Origin: a virus
Taxonomy: Duplodnaviria > Heunggongvirae > Uroviricota > Caudoviricetes
Virus record (IMG/VR): IMGVR_UViG_3300037418_003103
Direction: 5' to 3' (one strand)
Length of the DNA: 64,000 bases
This document shows, piece after piece, positions 1 through 9,154 of the stretch; the stretch's first letter is position 1, and the number at the start of each line of letters is the position of its first letter. Both the position numbers and the translations under genes were made by a program. The notes under the pieces are model-generated. The model saw only the letters and a list, made by a program, of their open reading frames with translations, searched no databases and had not been told where the DNA came from.

Positions 1-1
1 T

Positions 2-442
2 TGCAGCTATAGGGACAATGATTGCTCCAGCGAAGCCAAGCACCTTTAAAAACTTCTGCTTGTGTATTTCCTTCGTCTGGGTTTTAATTGTATTATTAAG
101 TAGGCCCACCTCGGTATTCTTATTGTCAATAACAGATAAAAGAATCTTTTTCTGACTCTCCTGGTTAACACTCTTAGCAGTAAGATCATTGATTTGGGTC
201 TTCTGTTGGGTTACGAGGTCAATATAATTTTTCTCATTTATTTCATATTTGACGATGAGGCTATCGTCTATTCTTTTATTCAGCAGATCGGTAAGCACTT
301 CTCTGGCATCCTCTATATTCATAAGGAGTAGGGTATCATCTGACGGACTTACCATTATCATGGTCTGATTCTTGTAAATACTTTGTGAATTCCCTTGAAA
401 CGCTATCAGCACTAAGAGAAAAAATATAAGAATGTGTTTCAT
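2..442 (-). CDS. Secreted/membrane coiled-coil protein, spanin-like partner (3' end runs off the window; missing from ORF track)
   Basis: Read manually: ATG at 442 gives MKHILIFFLLVLIAFQGNSQSIYKNQ... (signal peptide), then a coiled-coil and a C-terminal hydrophobic segment (FLKVLGFAGAIIVPIAA). The frame is open to the window edge and overlaps the 3' 107 nt of the 336..740 ORF. Confidence 0.75.
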   Translation of the reverse strand, partial: MKHILIFFLLVLIAFQGNSQSIYKNQTMIMVSPSDDTLLLMNIEDAREVLTDLLNKRIDDSLIVKYEINEKNYIDLVTQQKTQINDLTAKSVNQESQKKILLSVIDNKNTEVGLLNNTIKTQTKEIHKQKFLKVLGFAGAIIVPIAA

Positions 443-740
443 TTTTTTTGTTTTTAAGTTTATTAATTTCATCTTTAGCCAATTCTATCTCAACTTCTTT
501 TAAATAAATAATCTTGGCCGTAGCGCTTAAGGTATTAGTTAGACTATCGTTTACACCAGAAAGACTATCGTACTGATTTTTCAACCTTACATTGTCTTTA
601 TGAAGAACAGTAATTTCATCTTTGTGCTTATCAACAGGTTTTACCTTTTTAAAGACAATAAAAAAAACAAGAATACCTGCAAGGACAATTATAATGTTTG
701 TTTTAAGGTCAAAATAATGCGTTATTTTATTTATGTTCAT
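336..740 (-). CDS. N-terminal TM + coiled-coil protein, i-spanin-like
   Basis: Single hydrophobic segment NIIIVLAGILVFFIVF followed by a heptad-rich region; a nested/overlapping downstream ORF in another frame; near an amidase-like gene. Confidence 0.55.
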   Translation of the reverse strand: MNINKITHYFDLKTNIIIVLAGILVFFIVFKKVKPVDKHKDEITVLHKDNVRLKNQYDSLSGVNDSLTNTLSATAKIIYLKEVEIELAKDEINKLKNKKNETHSYIFSLSADSVSREFTKYLQESDHDNGKSVR

Positions 741-743
741 AAT

Positions 744-1169
744 TTAATTGTTTCCTTTAAAATCAGTAACTAATTTTTGAGCCCATTCTCTTACCCAATT
801 TTCATAATATCCGCTCAATTTCCTAAACGTCTCTATAAGCTCAGCATCCAAGTATATTCTAATACCCATTTGATTATCATCGGTAATAGAGATACTCAAT
901 TTCATCGCCTTTAAAGACATAAAGAAATTGACACCAGAATCCAACTTACCATTAAATTGAACCTCCCTATCTTTTGGATAAATCTTAAATTTAGTGATTT
1001 GAACGCGAGGGTCAACCGTATCCATTATTTTTTTTACTTCTTCTCTATATACAGAATCATTTGGTGAAGGTGATATTTCGTCACTTGATTCAGACAAAAC
1101 AAGACGTGATTCTCGCATAACATTCATCATTTTTTTAGTCATGTCATGCTCGTTAATTAAATCATTCAT
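744..1169 (-). CDS. Hypothetical protein (possible head-internal protein)
   Basis: 141-aa ORF in the operon; N-terminus has I/L-x-E motifs (LINE, MRE, VLSE). Confidence 0.6.
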   Translation of the reverse strand: MNDLINEHDMTKKMMNVMRESRLVLSESSDEISPSPNDSVYREEVKKIMDTVDPRVQITKFKIYPKDREVQFNGKLDSGVNFFMSLKAMKLSISITDDNQMGIRIYLDAELIETFRKLSGYYENWVREWAQKLVTDFKGNN

Positions 1170-1792
1170 ATTTTATTATTTGTGCTTTCAATCTTATCTT
1201 TAAAGTAATCAAAGTCCCATGCTGGACTAACATCTGTGTATGCCAAACTATAATTACTTTTATATAGAATACCGTAAGTGGAACTAAAATTATCTATTTT
1301 TGTATTATAGCTAATAACTTGTTTCTCAATGTTAAAGTCACTACAAAGTTGTTTACACAACTCAACACAAACATCTTTTTGCTTGATCGTGTATGGCACC
1401 CAGTAAGTATGACCTCTCCATCTCTTTAATACTATATTCTGTTTTCTATTATAAATATTACCAAACCAGGTATAAAAATTTTTTTTATCTTCATCCTGTG
1501 TCAAATAACCTTCATTTTCAAGTAAAATAAGTATTATCTGCTTATCAACGTCATAATTACCCATCATATTTGATGAAAATTCAGGCTGGAAGTGCTGGAA
1601 AATATTTCCTTTAAGATCAATAGTATATGCGGCAGTTTTTTTATAATTACCGTTATACCTCTTAATCCACCCTATATAATGCTTCATATCAGTATTACAG
1701 GTGTTTCCAATTACTATTTGATTCTTCTTATTACTGATTGGTATAAAATTATTTATAGGTAATTTGAAAGTTGAATTATCTATTAACATCAC
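1166..1792 (-). CDS. Amidase_2-like (N-acetylmuramoyl-L-alanine amidase fold) protein with degenerate Zn ligands
   Basis: Pattern KNQIVIGNT...AAYTIDLKGNIFQHF...ILILLENEG...WRG...YT..Q....ELC..LC..F.I...DVSPAWDF resembles phage Amidase_2, but the expected His residues are missing. Confidence 0.65.
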   Translation of the reverse strand: MMLIDNSTFKLPINNFIPISNKKNQIVIGNTCNTDMKHYIGWIKRYNGNYKKTAAYTIDLKGNIFQHFQPEFSSNMMGNYDVDKQIILILLENEGYLTQDEDKKNFYTWFGNIYNRKQNIVLKRWRGHTYWVPYTIKQKDVCVELCKQLCSDFNIEKQVISYNTKIDNFSSTYGILYKSNYSLAYTDVSPAWDFDYFKDKIESTNNKI

Positions 1793-2996
1793 TTTTTAAT
1801 CTTTCAATTGCGTTGTTATGCTTAGAATGAGGGGTTGGAATTGGTATGGAAAATCCTCTATTAGCTTTTTTCTCTTTTATACTTTCAAGGTCTATTCTAC
1901 CATTAGGAACTACAGGTTCATATGGAATATACTTAGTTAATTGTTCACCTGGTTCATCGATAGGTTCATCATTATTTACAATAATTTTATCATCTGATTC
2001 AAATTTGGAATCTTCAACCAATTCTGGTTTAAGCTCATTAAGGACTGGCTCCTGATCATACTTGTAATCAGGTTCATTTAAAATATTCGTGTCTACTTCC
2101 TGTGGAGTAACTTCAAGTAAGGTGTTGTCTTGAGGTTCATTTTCTTTAACTGGCGCAGGCGTCTCTGTATTTGTCTTCTCATATCTTGGCAAGGAATTCT
2201 TTTCTTCACTGTCTATTTGCATTATTTTATTAGTGGCTACAACCAAAGCAACAGCTAATGGATCAAAAACAAATATTAGTAACAGTATAAATATATTAAC
2301 AATCTTATCCATTGGATATCCAGTCAACGCTGATAAATACTTCAAAGGTCCAATATCGCTGGCTACTTCACTTCCTGATTGAGAAGTAATCATTTCTGTT
2401 TTATATTTATTCACTGAATCAGATAGAGAACTATTAATGATATTTAACTTATCAATATCATCATTTAATTTGGTTATTTCTGCAGATGCGCTGGATATAT
2501 CATTACGAATACTTCTTTTATTATAATTTTGTGTAGCCTCTGTAAGCCTATTTTCCTGCGTAAGCCTAACGGTGTTTAACAATTCTATGCGTTTATTTTT
2601 AGATGCAATAATGACTTGATTATCCTTTATTCTTGCATCAAATGAATTTGATTTATTTTTTAAGATATTAACCCTACCGTCGAGTATCTCCATCTTATTA
2701 GATGTTTGTTGATAAGCGTTGGATAGAAAACCATAAATTCCTGCCGATGTTATGCAAACCAAAACAATAACACATATCGCCATGTAAGTTTTTAGGCTTT
2801 TACTAACTTTATTCCAGTAACGTTGTAAAAAACTAACAGCTATAATCTTACTAAATTCCAAACAAGAGGCCATTAATATTACAGCTATGCTTGCGCCAGC
2901 AAATAGATGTGATAAGCCGAAAACTGAGTAATAAGCTGCACAACTTGCAATTAAAAAAGCCGATAATCCTGTTAAAAAACTAAATCTAAATTTCAT
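1776..2996 (-). CDS. Multi-pass membrane protein with long coiled-coil (phage hypothetical)
   Basis: Three N-terminal TM segments, a coiled-coil, IGPLKYLS, TM (FILLLIFVFDPLAVALV) and an acidic tail. Likely start is ATG 2996 just after a TATTTAT motif (track start 3011). Confidence 0.7.
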   Translation of the reverse strand: MKFRFSFLTGLSAFLIASCAAYYSVFGLSHLFAGASIAVILMASCLEFSKIIAVSFLQRYWNKVSKSLKTYMAICVIVLVCITSAGIYGFLSNAYQQTSNKMEILDGRVNILKNKSNSFDARIKDNQVIIASKNKRIELLNTVRLTQENRLTEATQNYNKRSIRNDISSASAEITKLNDDIDKLNIINSSLSDSVNKYKTEMITSQSGSEVASDIGPLKYLSALTGYPMDKIVNIFILLLIFVFDPLAVALVVATNKIMQIDSEEKNSLPRYEKTNTETPAPVKENEPQDNTLLEVTPQEVDTNILNEPDYKYDQEPVLNELKPELVEDSKFESDDKIIVNNDEPIDEPGEQLTKYIPYEPVVPNGRIDLESIKEKKANRGFSIPIPTPHSKHNNAIERLKSDVNR

Positions 2997-3025
2997 ATAG
3001 ATAAATATCAAATTTAACTAAAATA

Positions 3026-3847
3026 TCAATGATTTAAAAGATTGAACAAGCCTTCACTTTCATTCTTAAGTTTTCTTATTGCTTTTTCTTTTATCTGCCT
3101 AACTCTCTCCTTTGTTAATTGATACCGTTCACCTATTTGTTCTAGAGTCATTACATCAGAATCATTTAATCCATAGTATAATTCTATTATTTCTTTGCTT
3201 CTTTCATCAAGAGTTAGGAGGGTCTTTTCTAGCTCTCTTTTAATATTAAAAACTCTATCGCTATCTTCTGGCTCTTCATCTTCTGAATATGAATCTATAA
3301 AGATTTCTTCTGGATCAACATTATTATTAAACGGTACATTTTTTTGATATTGATTAAACATAGCCTGATGCTGAGAATTTATTGCTAATTCTCCGTAAAC
3401 AGGAGACCTTTGGTTCGCTGATTCAAAACGTTCTACTTCTTTTCTTGTTTCAGCCAATTTTTGAATAACGTTTACTGGCAGCCTAACCAATCTTGCATTA
3501 TCATTTAGGGATTGCATAATTGATTGTCTGATCCACCATACGGCATAAGAAATAAATTTAACCCCTTTAGTTGGATCAAATTTAGACGCTGCTTTAACAA
3601 GGCCATAATTGCCCTCACTTATTAAATCACTTAAATCAATACCGTGACCTTGATATTCTTTCGCAATAGAAACAACAAATTTTAAATTAGATTTTATTAG
3701 GGTATCAATAGCTTTTTTATCACCATTCTTTATTCTATCAGATAATTTTAATTCTTCTTCTTGTGATATTATCGTAGTTTTTCTTACGTCTTTGAAATAC
3801 TGTAGAACGCAATCATCTACAATAAATTTATTTGTTTTTTTACTCAT
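3026..3847 (-). CDS. RNA polymerase sigma-70 factor, RpoD/SigA-like, short Bacteroidota type
   Basis: Region 2 NLKFVVSIAKEY..DLISEGNYGLVKAASKFDPTKGVKFISYAVWWIRQSI; region 4 TLEQIGERYQLTKERVRQIKEKAIRKLK; no region 1.1. Confidence 0.93.
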   Translation of the reverse strand: MSKKTNKFIVDDCVLQYFKDVRKTTIISQEEELKLSDRIKNGDKKAIDTLIKSNLKFVVSIAKEYQGHGIDLSDLISEGNYGLVKAASKFDPTKGVKFISYAVWWIRQSIMQSLNDNARLVRLPVNVIQKLAETRKEVERFESANQRSPVYGELAINSQHQAMFNQYQKNVPFNNNVDPEEIFIDSYSEDEEPEDSDRVFNIKRELEKTLLTLDERSKEIIELYYGLNDSDVMTLEQIGERYQLTKERVRQIKEKAIRKLKNESEGLFNLLNH

Positions 3848-3887
3848 TACATTTTATCATATACTCTTGTTATGCTGTTGACATCAA

Positions 3888-4400
3888 TCATTTAATATTT
3901 GTCAAATAATTAAGAAGCGTTTTATCGTAATCTGTCATATTATTTACTCCTGCATCTAAAATTTTATTAATGATCATCTCACGTTTATCCTTACTTAAAT
4001 TATTAATATTGTATTTGTCTGTATCAAATTCAATAAATTCTTCATATAACTCTGGCCTACTACTGGTCTTAACTAATTTAATAAAAGCATCAGATCTATC
4101 ATCTAATTTGTCATTGGTCATAACATTTAAAAAACTAAAAAGAGTTTCAGTTATATTTTTATCGTTAAAATTGTAGGTACAGGTTGTTTCGTTTAACTCA
4201 AATAAAAGAATATTTCTATTGCCAGATTTAAAATAGTCCCTTAATTCATTGAGGGTGAATAGAGATGTGAAGGTTACAACAAGAACATTATTTTCTTCAA
4301 GTATAAGTAGGTTAGGTTTAGTGTCTGAAACAGACTCAATTTCCAACAATGCTCCATCAATATTTCTCAATACCACTATGCAGTAGTTTCTAAACTTCAT
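3888..4400 (-). CDS. Hypothetical protein
   Basis: 170-aa ORF, co-oriented, with an upstream promoter-like sequence. Confidence 0.65.
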   Translation of the reverse strand: MKFRNYCIVVLRNIDGALLEIESVSDTKPNLLILEENNVLVVTFTSLFTLNELRDYFKSGNRNILLFELNETTCTYNFNDKNITETLFSFLNVMTNDKLDDRSDAFIKLVKTSSRPELYEEFIEFDTDKYNINNLSKDKREMIINKILDAGVNNMTDYDKTLLNYLTNIK

Positions 4401-4446
4401 GTTGTTTATTTACACTAAAAATACTCTTTTATGCTTAAATAAACAA

Positions 4447-6789
4447 CTATTTAAGGAGCAATTTTGTTATGTTTTTCTCCTTCTGAAGAGTGACAATATT
4501 ATCAGCCCAATCTCTAACCATATCATTGTGCGTAATTAAAAAAACAATATCATACATATCACTTATTTTATCAAATAGAGGCTTCAGATTAGGAAGATTA
4601 TCATTAGCAACCTTTCCCAATACTTCATCAAAAGAAATAAAGTTAGGCATAGGAAGAGTTGATAGCTTGCCTAGAACAGATCTTAAGGCTAAACTTGATG
4701 CTGTTTTCTCGAAACCGCTACCTGATTTAAGATTCTTGATTACTCCGTCTTTAACCATTAGAAATTGTACGTCATTCTTATCGTCAATAAAGACCTCTAG
4801 TTCGAACTCGCAAACTTCATCCAATAGTCTTTGAACTTCTGAATTAATTATCGGTAGAATTGACCTCAGGACTAATTTACTGATACCTTTTTTACCTATC
4901 ATATCAATGTAAATCTTAAATATCTTGCTAACGCTCTCTTCTCGTTCAATTTGGATGATCAGAGCCTCCTTGGTGGCAACACTTTCCCCATTAATAATTA
5001 CATCATTCTTCAGTCTTTCAATATTGCTTATCAGCGTATCTTTTGAATGCTCAGATACAACCAAATTGGTTTTAACCAGCGAAACTTCAATTTCAATATT
5101 TTTATTTCTTTCTATTGAGGCCAAACTGTCATTATATTTTTTTAAGTCCAATTTCTTACTCCCAATCTCATTTCTAAGAGAGTCTATTTCCACTCCTAAC
5201 CTGTCTCTATCTAATTCCTTTCTATTCTTTTCGTCTATTTTCTTTTTAATAAGCTCCAGGTCCTCTAACTCTTTTTTGATTTCTGAGATATTATATTGTG
5301 TTTTTGTTAGAGTTTCTGTTAGAGAAAGAATAGTATTTTGATGGGTCTTAATATGCCCTGAATTATCTACATCATCTAATTTTCGCATGCATGCCTGGCA
5401 AATACCTCCATCCTCCAAGTCCTTTATTTGTTTTTCTAACCGCCTAATATCAGACTCTAACACTGCTTTCTCTGAGGTATTTTTTGTTAGAGATTTTGTT
5501 AGTTCAACATATCTAAATTCATCAAAATTAATTTCACCAATTCTAGCTAGATCTATATTTAATTGAGAGATCCTTTCTTTTATCCCAGTACCCTTATCAG
5601 TAATACTTTTAATTTCCTGTTCTAATTTAGATGGATTTAGTGCATTAATTTTAACATCAATACGATCCTTGCTGTTGATGAGAGCTTCTATCTGGTTATT
5701 GAATCCGACAATCTCATTCTTGGTATCATCCAATTTAATCCTAGCGTTTTTTAATAACTCTTCACACATTAAGATTTTTTCTTTATGCTCACCAATCTCT
5801 ATTCCAAGAGTAACGACGTCAAACTCGTTTGATTTCTTCTTCTTCTCAAAATCATTAAACATTTTACGAACAATGGCTTCCTTCTTTTCAATCACTTCAA
5901 GGCCTATAAGCCTAGTTAAGACTTTTCCACTCTCTGTAGTTGTAAGTCCAATCAAATTGTCTAGATTGCTTTCAGTAGCCAAGACAAGCATTTCAAAGTC
6001 CTCCTGACTACCAATGGCTTCACCAATTCTTTTGGTTGTTCTACCAGCCTCTTCATCATTCAACATAGATTCTTTTCCATCAGCCATTATCCTATAATAA
6101 TTAACCTTGTTAGACACCGTCCATCCGCCAGTTTTTTTAGCTTTTCTGGTTAATTTTCGTTCAATAATAACTTCTTCGTAATCTTCCATTTCTAGTAGGC
6201 CCCTAACAACCACCTCATCCTTTCCACTGAATTGATTAAAAATCTCCTCATTCTTAGACGTCTTGGTTGTATTACCGTAATACAGGAACAAGGGGGCATC
6301 AATAGTAAATGAAGTCTTACCGCCAGTATTAGTTGGGATGGAATTAACAACTGTTAAACCCTTTAACTTATTGTAAGAAATAAAATTGTTTTCACCAAAA
6401 CAGAGAAAGTTATTAAGCGTTAACCACTTTAGAGAATACTTTTTATGCGTCTCAACGTTCACAATATTCAGCTCTTTATTTATCTTGTCGTCAAGCTTAA
6501 GTATTCTGTCAAAATCAACAATCACACCTTCTCTTTTTATCCATTCCTTCATAAGACTTATCTGGTAATTGCTATCCATGATATTATCAATACCACTGCC
6601 GTTAATTTCAACAAGATCACCGTTTTCATTAACTCTAACAGGCGTATAATTAACCTTAACGTTAGATTTACTAACGCCATACTTGGCTGCTACTTGATTG
6701 CGAAGTTTGATCTTAGCTTCCTTAGAATAATTCTCAGGCCTGTCTGACCACTCAACTTTAATTCTTGATTCTGGTGTTAGTTGTTTCAT
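4447..6789 (-). CDS. sbcC: SbcC/Rad50/gp46-like SMC ATPase
   Basis: NFLCFG, Walker A NTGGKTS, long coiled-coil with Zn-hook CQAC, signature SGFEK, Walker B FDEVLG, H-loop ITHN. Confidence 0.93.
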   Translation of the reverse strand: MKQLTPESRIKVEWSDRPENYSKEAKIKLRNQVAAKYGVSKSNVKVNYTPVRVNENGDLVEINGSGIDNIMDSNYQISLMKEWIKREGVIVDFDRILKLDDKINKELNIVNVETHKKYSLKWLTLNNFLCFGENNFISYNKLKGLTVVNSIPTNTGGKTSFTIDAPLFLYYGNTTKTSKNEEIFNQFSGKDEVVVRGLLEMEDYEEVIIERKLTRKAKKTGGWTVSNKVNYYRIMADGKESMLNDEEAGRTTKRIGEAIGSQEDFEMLVLATESNLDNLIGLTTTESGKVLTRLIGLEVIEKKEAIVRKMFNDFEKKKKSNEFDVVTLGIEIGEHKEKILMCEELLKNARIKLDDTKNEIVGFNNQIEALINSKDRIDVKINALNPSKLEQEIKSITDKGTGIKERISQLNIDLARIGEINFDEFRYVELTKSLTKNTSEKAVLESDIRRLEKQIKDLEDGGICQACMRKLDDVDNSGHIKTHQNTILSLTETLTKTQYNISEIKKELEDLELIKKKIDEKNRKELDRDRLGVEIDSLRNEIGSKKLDLKKYNDSLASIERNKNIEIEVSLVKTNLVVSEHSKDTLISNIERLKNDVIINGESVATKEALIIQIEREESVSKIFKIYIDMIGKKGISKLVLRSILPIINSEVQRLLDEVCEFELEVFIDDKNDVQFLMVKDGVIKNLKSGSGFEKTASSLALRSVLGKLSTLPMPNFISFDEVLGKVANDNLPNLKPLFDKISDMYDIVFLITHNDMVRDWADNIVTLQKEKNITKLLLK

Positions 6790-6798
6790 TAATATTTT

Positions 6799-7053
6799 TT
6801 AATCTTCGTTGTATATGTCTTTATTTTTATTTGTATTGCTTTCTAGTATATTTGTTCGTTTCTCTGGTGGTACATAAGGTATAATTCTAGGCTTTGGCTC
6901 TTCTATTAGTCTTGAAACAAGGGGCGAAGCGCCATATTTGCTAAGATTAAAACCAGTCACTATTAGTTGCAGGATGTAATCGTCTACATCACTTATTTCA
7001 TTAAGTTTGCAAAAATTAATGATTTCGTTATGTAGTACATTAGGAATTTCCAT
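6799..7053 (-). CDS. Hypothetical protein
   Basis: 84-aa ORF directly upstream of sbcC. Confidence 0.6.
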   Translation of the reverse strand: MEIPNVLHNEIINFCKLNEISDVDDYILQLIVTGFNLSKYGASPLVSRLIEEPKPRIIPYVPPEKRTNILESNTNKNKDIYNED

Positions 7054-7191
7054 ATTTCATCATTGTATAAATTAAAAGTAAAACAAGAGATATCCACAGC
7101 CAAAGAGGTATAGTTAATCTATATTTTTTCTCATTATACTCTATTTTAAAGACCTCAACCTCTTTTGATAACTTATTAAATATTTTATTAA

Positions 7192-7416
7192 TCATGAGCC
7201 ATTTGTAATTATTTCTGTATTATTACTTATATCATCTAAAGATGAAATTTTCATATTATAAAATAGGTATGGATTTTCCACATTATATTCGATAAAGGAT
7301 AATTTTTCTACATCCCATAATAAGAATCCATGTCCAGTAACTCTCTCACCAAAATTCTGTTGCAGAAGACTTGAACTCATCATAATCGGTATTGTCTTTT
7401 TTATTTTAATTCTCAT
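7192..7416 (-). CDS. sbcD: SbcD/Mre11 nuclease, C-terminal fragment (split gene)
   Basis: PIMMSSSLLQQNFGE..GHGFLLWDV corresponds to the YSGS..Q..FGE..KG segment that follows motif V in SbcD/gp47. The ATG overlaps the end of the endonuclease ORF. Confidence 0.8.
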   Translation of the reverse strand: MRIKIKKTIPIMMSSSLLQQNFGERVTGHGFLLWDVEKLSFIEYNVENPYLFYNMKISSLDDISNNTEIITNGS

Positions 7417-8323
7417 ATTTTTTTATTGTATTTGCTAACAAAAATTTAAAATTTTTCTTATTTATATCAGTCTCCCAAAATCTCTCCAGTCTGTAACCTT
7501 TTTCTAATGCTAGTTTACTTTTAATCTTATCGTTCTCAATGTTCATCAATTGAGTCTCGGTTAAAATATTTAAATCATTATATTTTATTGGGTTACCATG
7601 CCAATAATCACCGTCGGCTTCAATTAATAAGTTAAAATCCTTTAAATAAAAATCATATGATTTAAACTTATTATTGTCGTAATAAATCTCAAACTGAGTC
7701 TCGAATTTAATTCTATTCTCAATCAAAATATTACTAATTTTAACCTCAATACTTGTTCCTTTCTTTTTTTTACCAGCCTTTCTCATCATATCAAACGCTG
7801 TTTGTCCATATTTTACTAAACAAGTGTTATCAGCAACTTCCCTATATTTTTTTAATTCTAAAACACACCCAACGCCATACTTATCTAAGTTAGTTTTAAT
7901 TCGTTTCTGACATGATTTGTGATCACTACCCACCCAAAAACCATTTTCATTAAAAAATTTTTGTTGTCCATTATTAACTTTTTTTCTGTGTTCTTCAGTC
8001 GCCCATATTTTTTTCATTACCTGAGACATTGATTTTCGCCACTCGTCACTGTGCTCAACATTAAAAAGTGGGTTACCGTCCCTTAAATAAAGTTCTTTTT
8101 GATGCGCATCTTTACAAGATCTTGAGCAATATTTCCTACCATTTTCTATTTTGTAAGGCAAAGTCTCAAATTCTGTTTTACAGAATAAACATTTTATTTT
8201 AACTCTTTCAATTTTTATTTTTTTATAACCAATATGTTGGCACTTAACAGAACAATATACTTTATTTTTAGTTTCTTTACCACAATTTTTGCATATATTC
8301 ATTTCTTTAAAATTTTGCTGCAT
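7406..8323 (-). CDS. Free-standing putative homing endonuclease (Zn-finger repeats + NUMOD3-like + DUF559/Vsr-like PD-(D/E)xK domain)
   Basis: Two CxxC...YCSxxC repeats; GNPLFNVEHSDEWRKSMS; TNLDKYG/TCLVKYG repeats; C-terminal YDFYL..LLIEADGDYWHG..RFWETDI. Lies between the two sbcD halves. Confidence 0.8.
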   Translation of the reverse strand: MQQNFKEMNICKNCGKETKNKVYCSVKCQHIGYKKIKIERVKIKCLFCKTEFETLPYKIENGRKYCSRSCKDAHQKELYLRDGNPLFNVEHSDEWRKSMSQVMKKIWATEEHRKKVNNGQQKFFNENGFWVGSDHKSCQKRIKTNLDKYGVGCVLELKKYREVADNTCLVKYGQTAFDMMRKAGKKKKGTSIEVKISNILIENRIKFETQFEIYYDNNKFKSYDFYLKDFNLLIEADGDYWHGNPIKYNDLNILTETQLMNIENDKIKSKLALEKGYRLERFWETDINKKNFKFLLANTIKKYEN

Positions 8324-8365
8324 AATTATTTATAAATAAATATAACGGCAAAACTAAAAGGAAGA

Positions 8366-9046
8366 CTAATTGTCTATTTCCCAACCCATTTTTAGATATT
8401 TTTCTAAATCCTCTTCAAAAATTTCCATCTTCTGAATGTGATTAAACCCACCCATAATATGAATATCGCCACACATTACCATATCGCAACCTTCAAAAAT
8501 ATTAGTTTCATCACCGTGTTCTATCTCGAAGCCTAAATCTGTTCTAAGACCAATTAATGGACCATGGAATAATCCAATATATGTTTTATCATCTCCAAAT
8601 TCAAGTCTGGCCGATTCAATATCTGGACGTTTGTTATCCTCAAATACAGAATATACACACCAAACGATATTATCATCCAAATAACACTTACTATCTTTAA
8701 AATAATTTATATTCGCTTTATCCATTAATTTAACCACAGGTGTGATAGAATCAAGTCTGTCATTATTAGTTAACACAGCATCATGATTACCAGCAATTAC
8801 GATTACTGGCGCTATTTCCTCAAGCTTTGTAAAAAGCCAAGCTATCATAAGCGTTAATTCATTAGAAACAGTTAGTTTCTGATGAACAACATCTCCTGCA
8901 ATTACGATCCTTACTTCATCTCGATTATAATCTTTTAAAACATTTTTTAAGTCGGAAAATAGAGTTGTAAACACCTGTTTGTACTCCTCATGTCTTTGAA
9001 GGGTGCGAAGATGAATATCAGCAATATGAACGCAGTATTTAATCAT
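8366..9046 (-). CDS. sbcD: SbcD/Mre11/gp47 metallophosphoesterase, N-terminal fragment (split gene)
   Basis: Motifs HIADIH, IAGDVVH, AGNHD, FHG and CGDIH, followed by an atypical tail QKMEIFEEDLEKYLKMGWEIDN. Confidence 0.9.
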   Translation of the reverse strand: MIKYCVHIADIHLRTLQRHEEYKQVFTTLFSDLKNVLKDYNRDEVRIVIAGDVVHQKLTVSNELTLMIAWLFTKLEEIAPVIVIAGNHDAVLTNNDRLDSITPVVKLMDKANINYFKDSKCYLDDNIVWCVYSVFEDNKRPDIESARLEFGDDKTYIGLFHGPLIGLRTDLGFEIEHGDETNIFEGCDMVMCGDIHIMGGFNHIQKMEIFEEDLEKYLKMGWEIDN

Positions 9047-9154
9047 TTTTAAATAAAAATACTATTTAATGCTATACTATGCAACTATATAATAACTTTT
9101 TTTATAGCCTTTACCATTTCAACAGATATTTATATTATCAGAATACACTCGATT

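Noticed and set aside
7192-9046. Group I intron or split intein explaining the sbcD interruption
   Set aside because: Non-coding space is only about 42 nt on one side and zero on the other; no P/Q/R/S-like elements; no intein N- or C-terminal motifs at the fragment ends.
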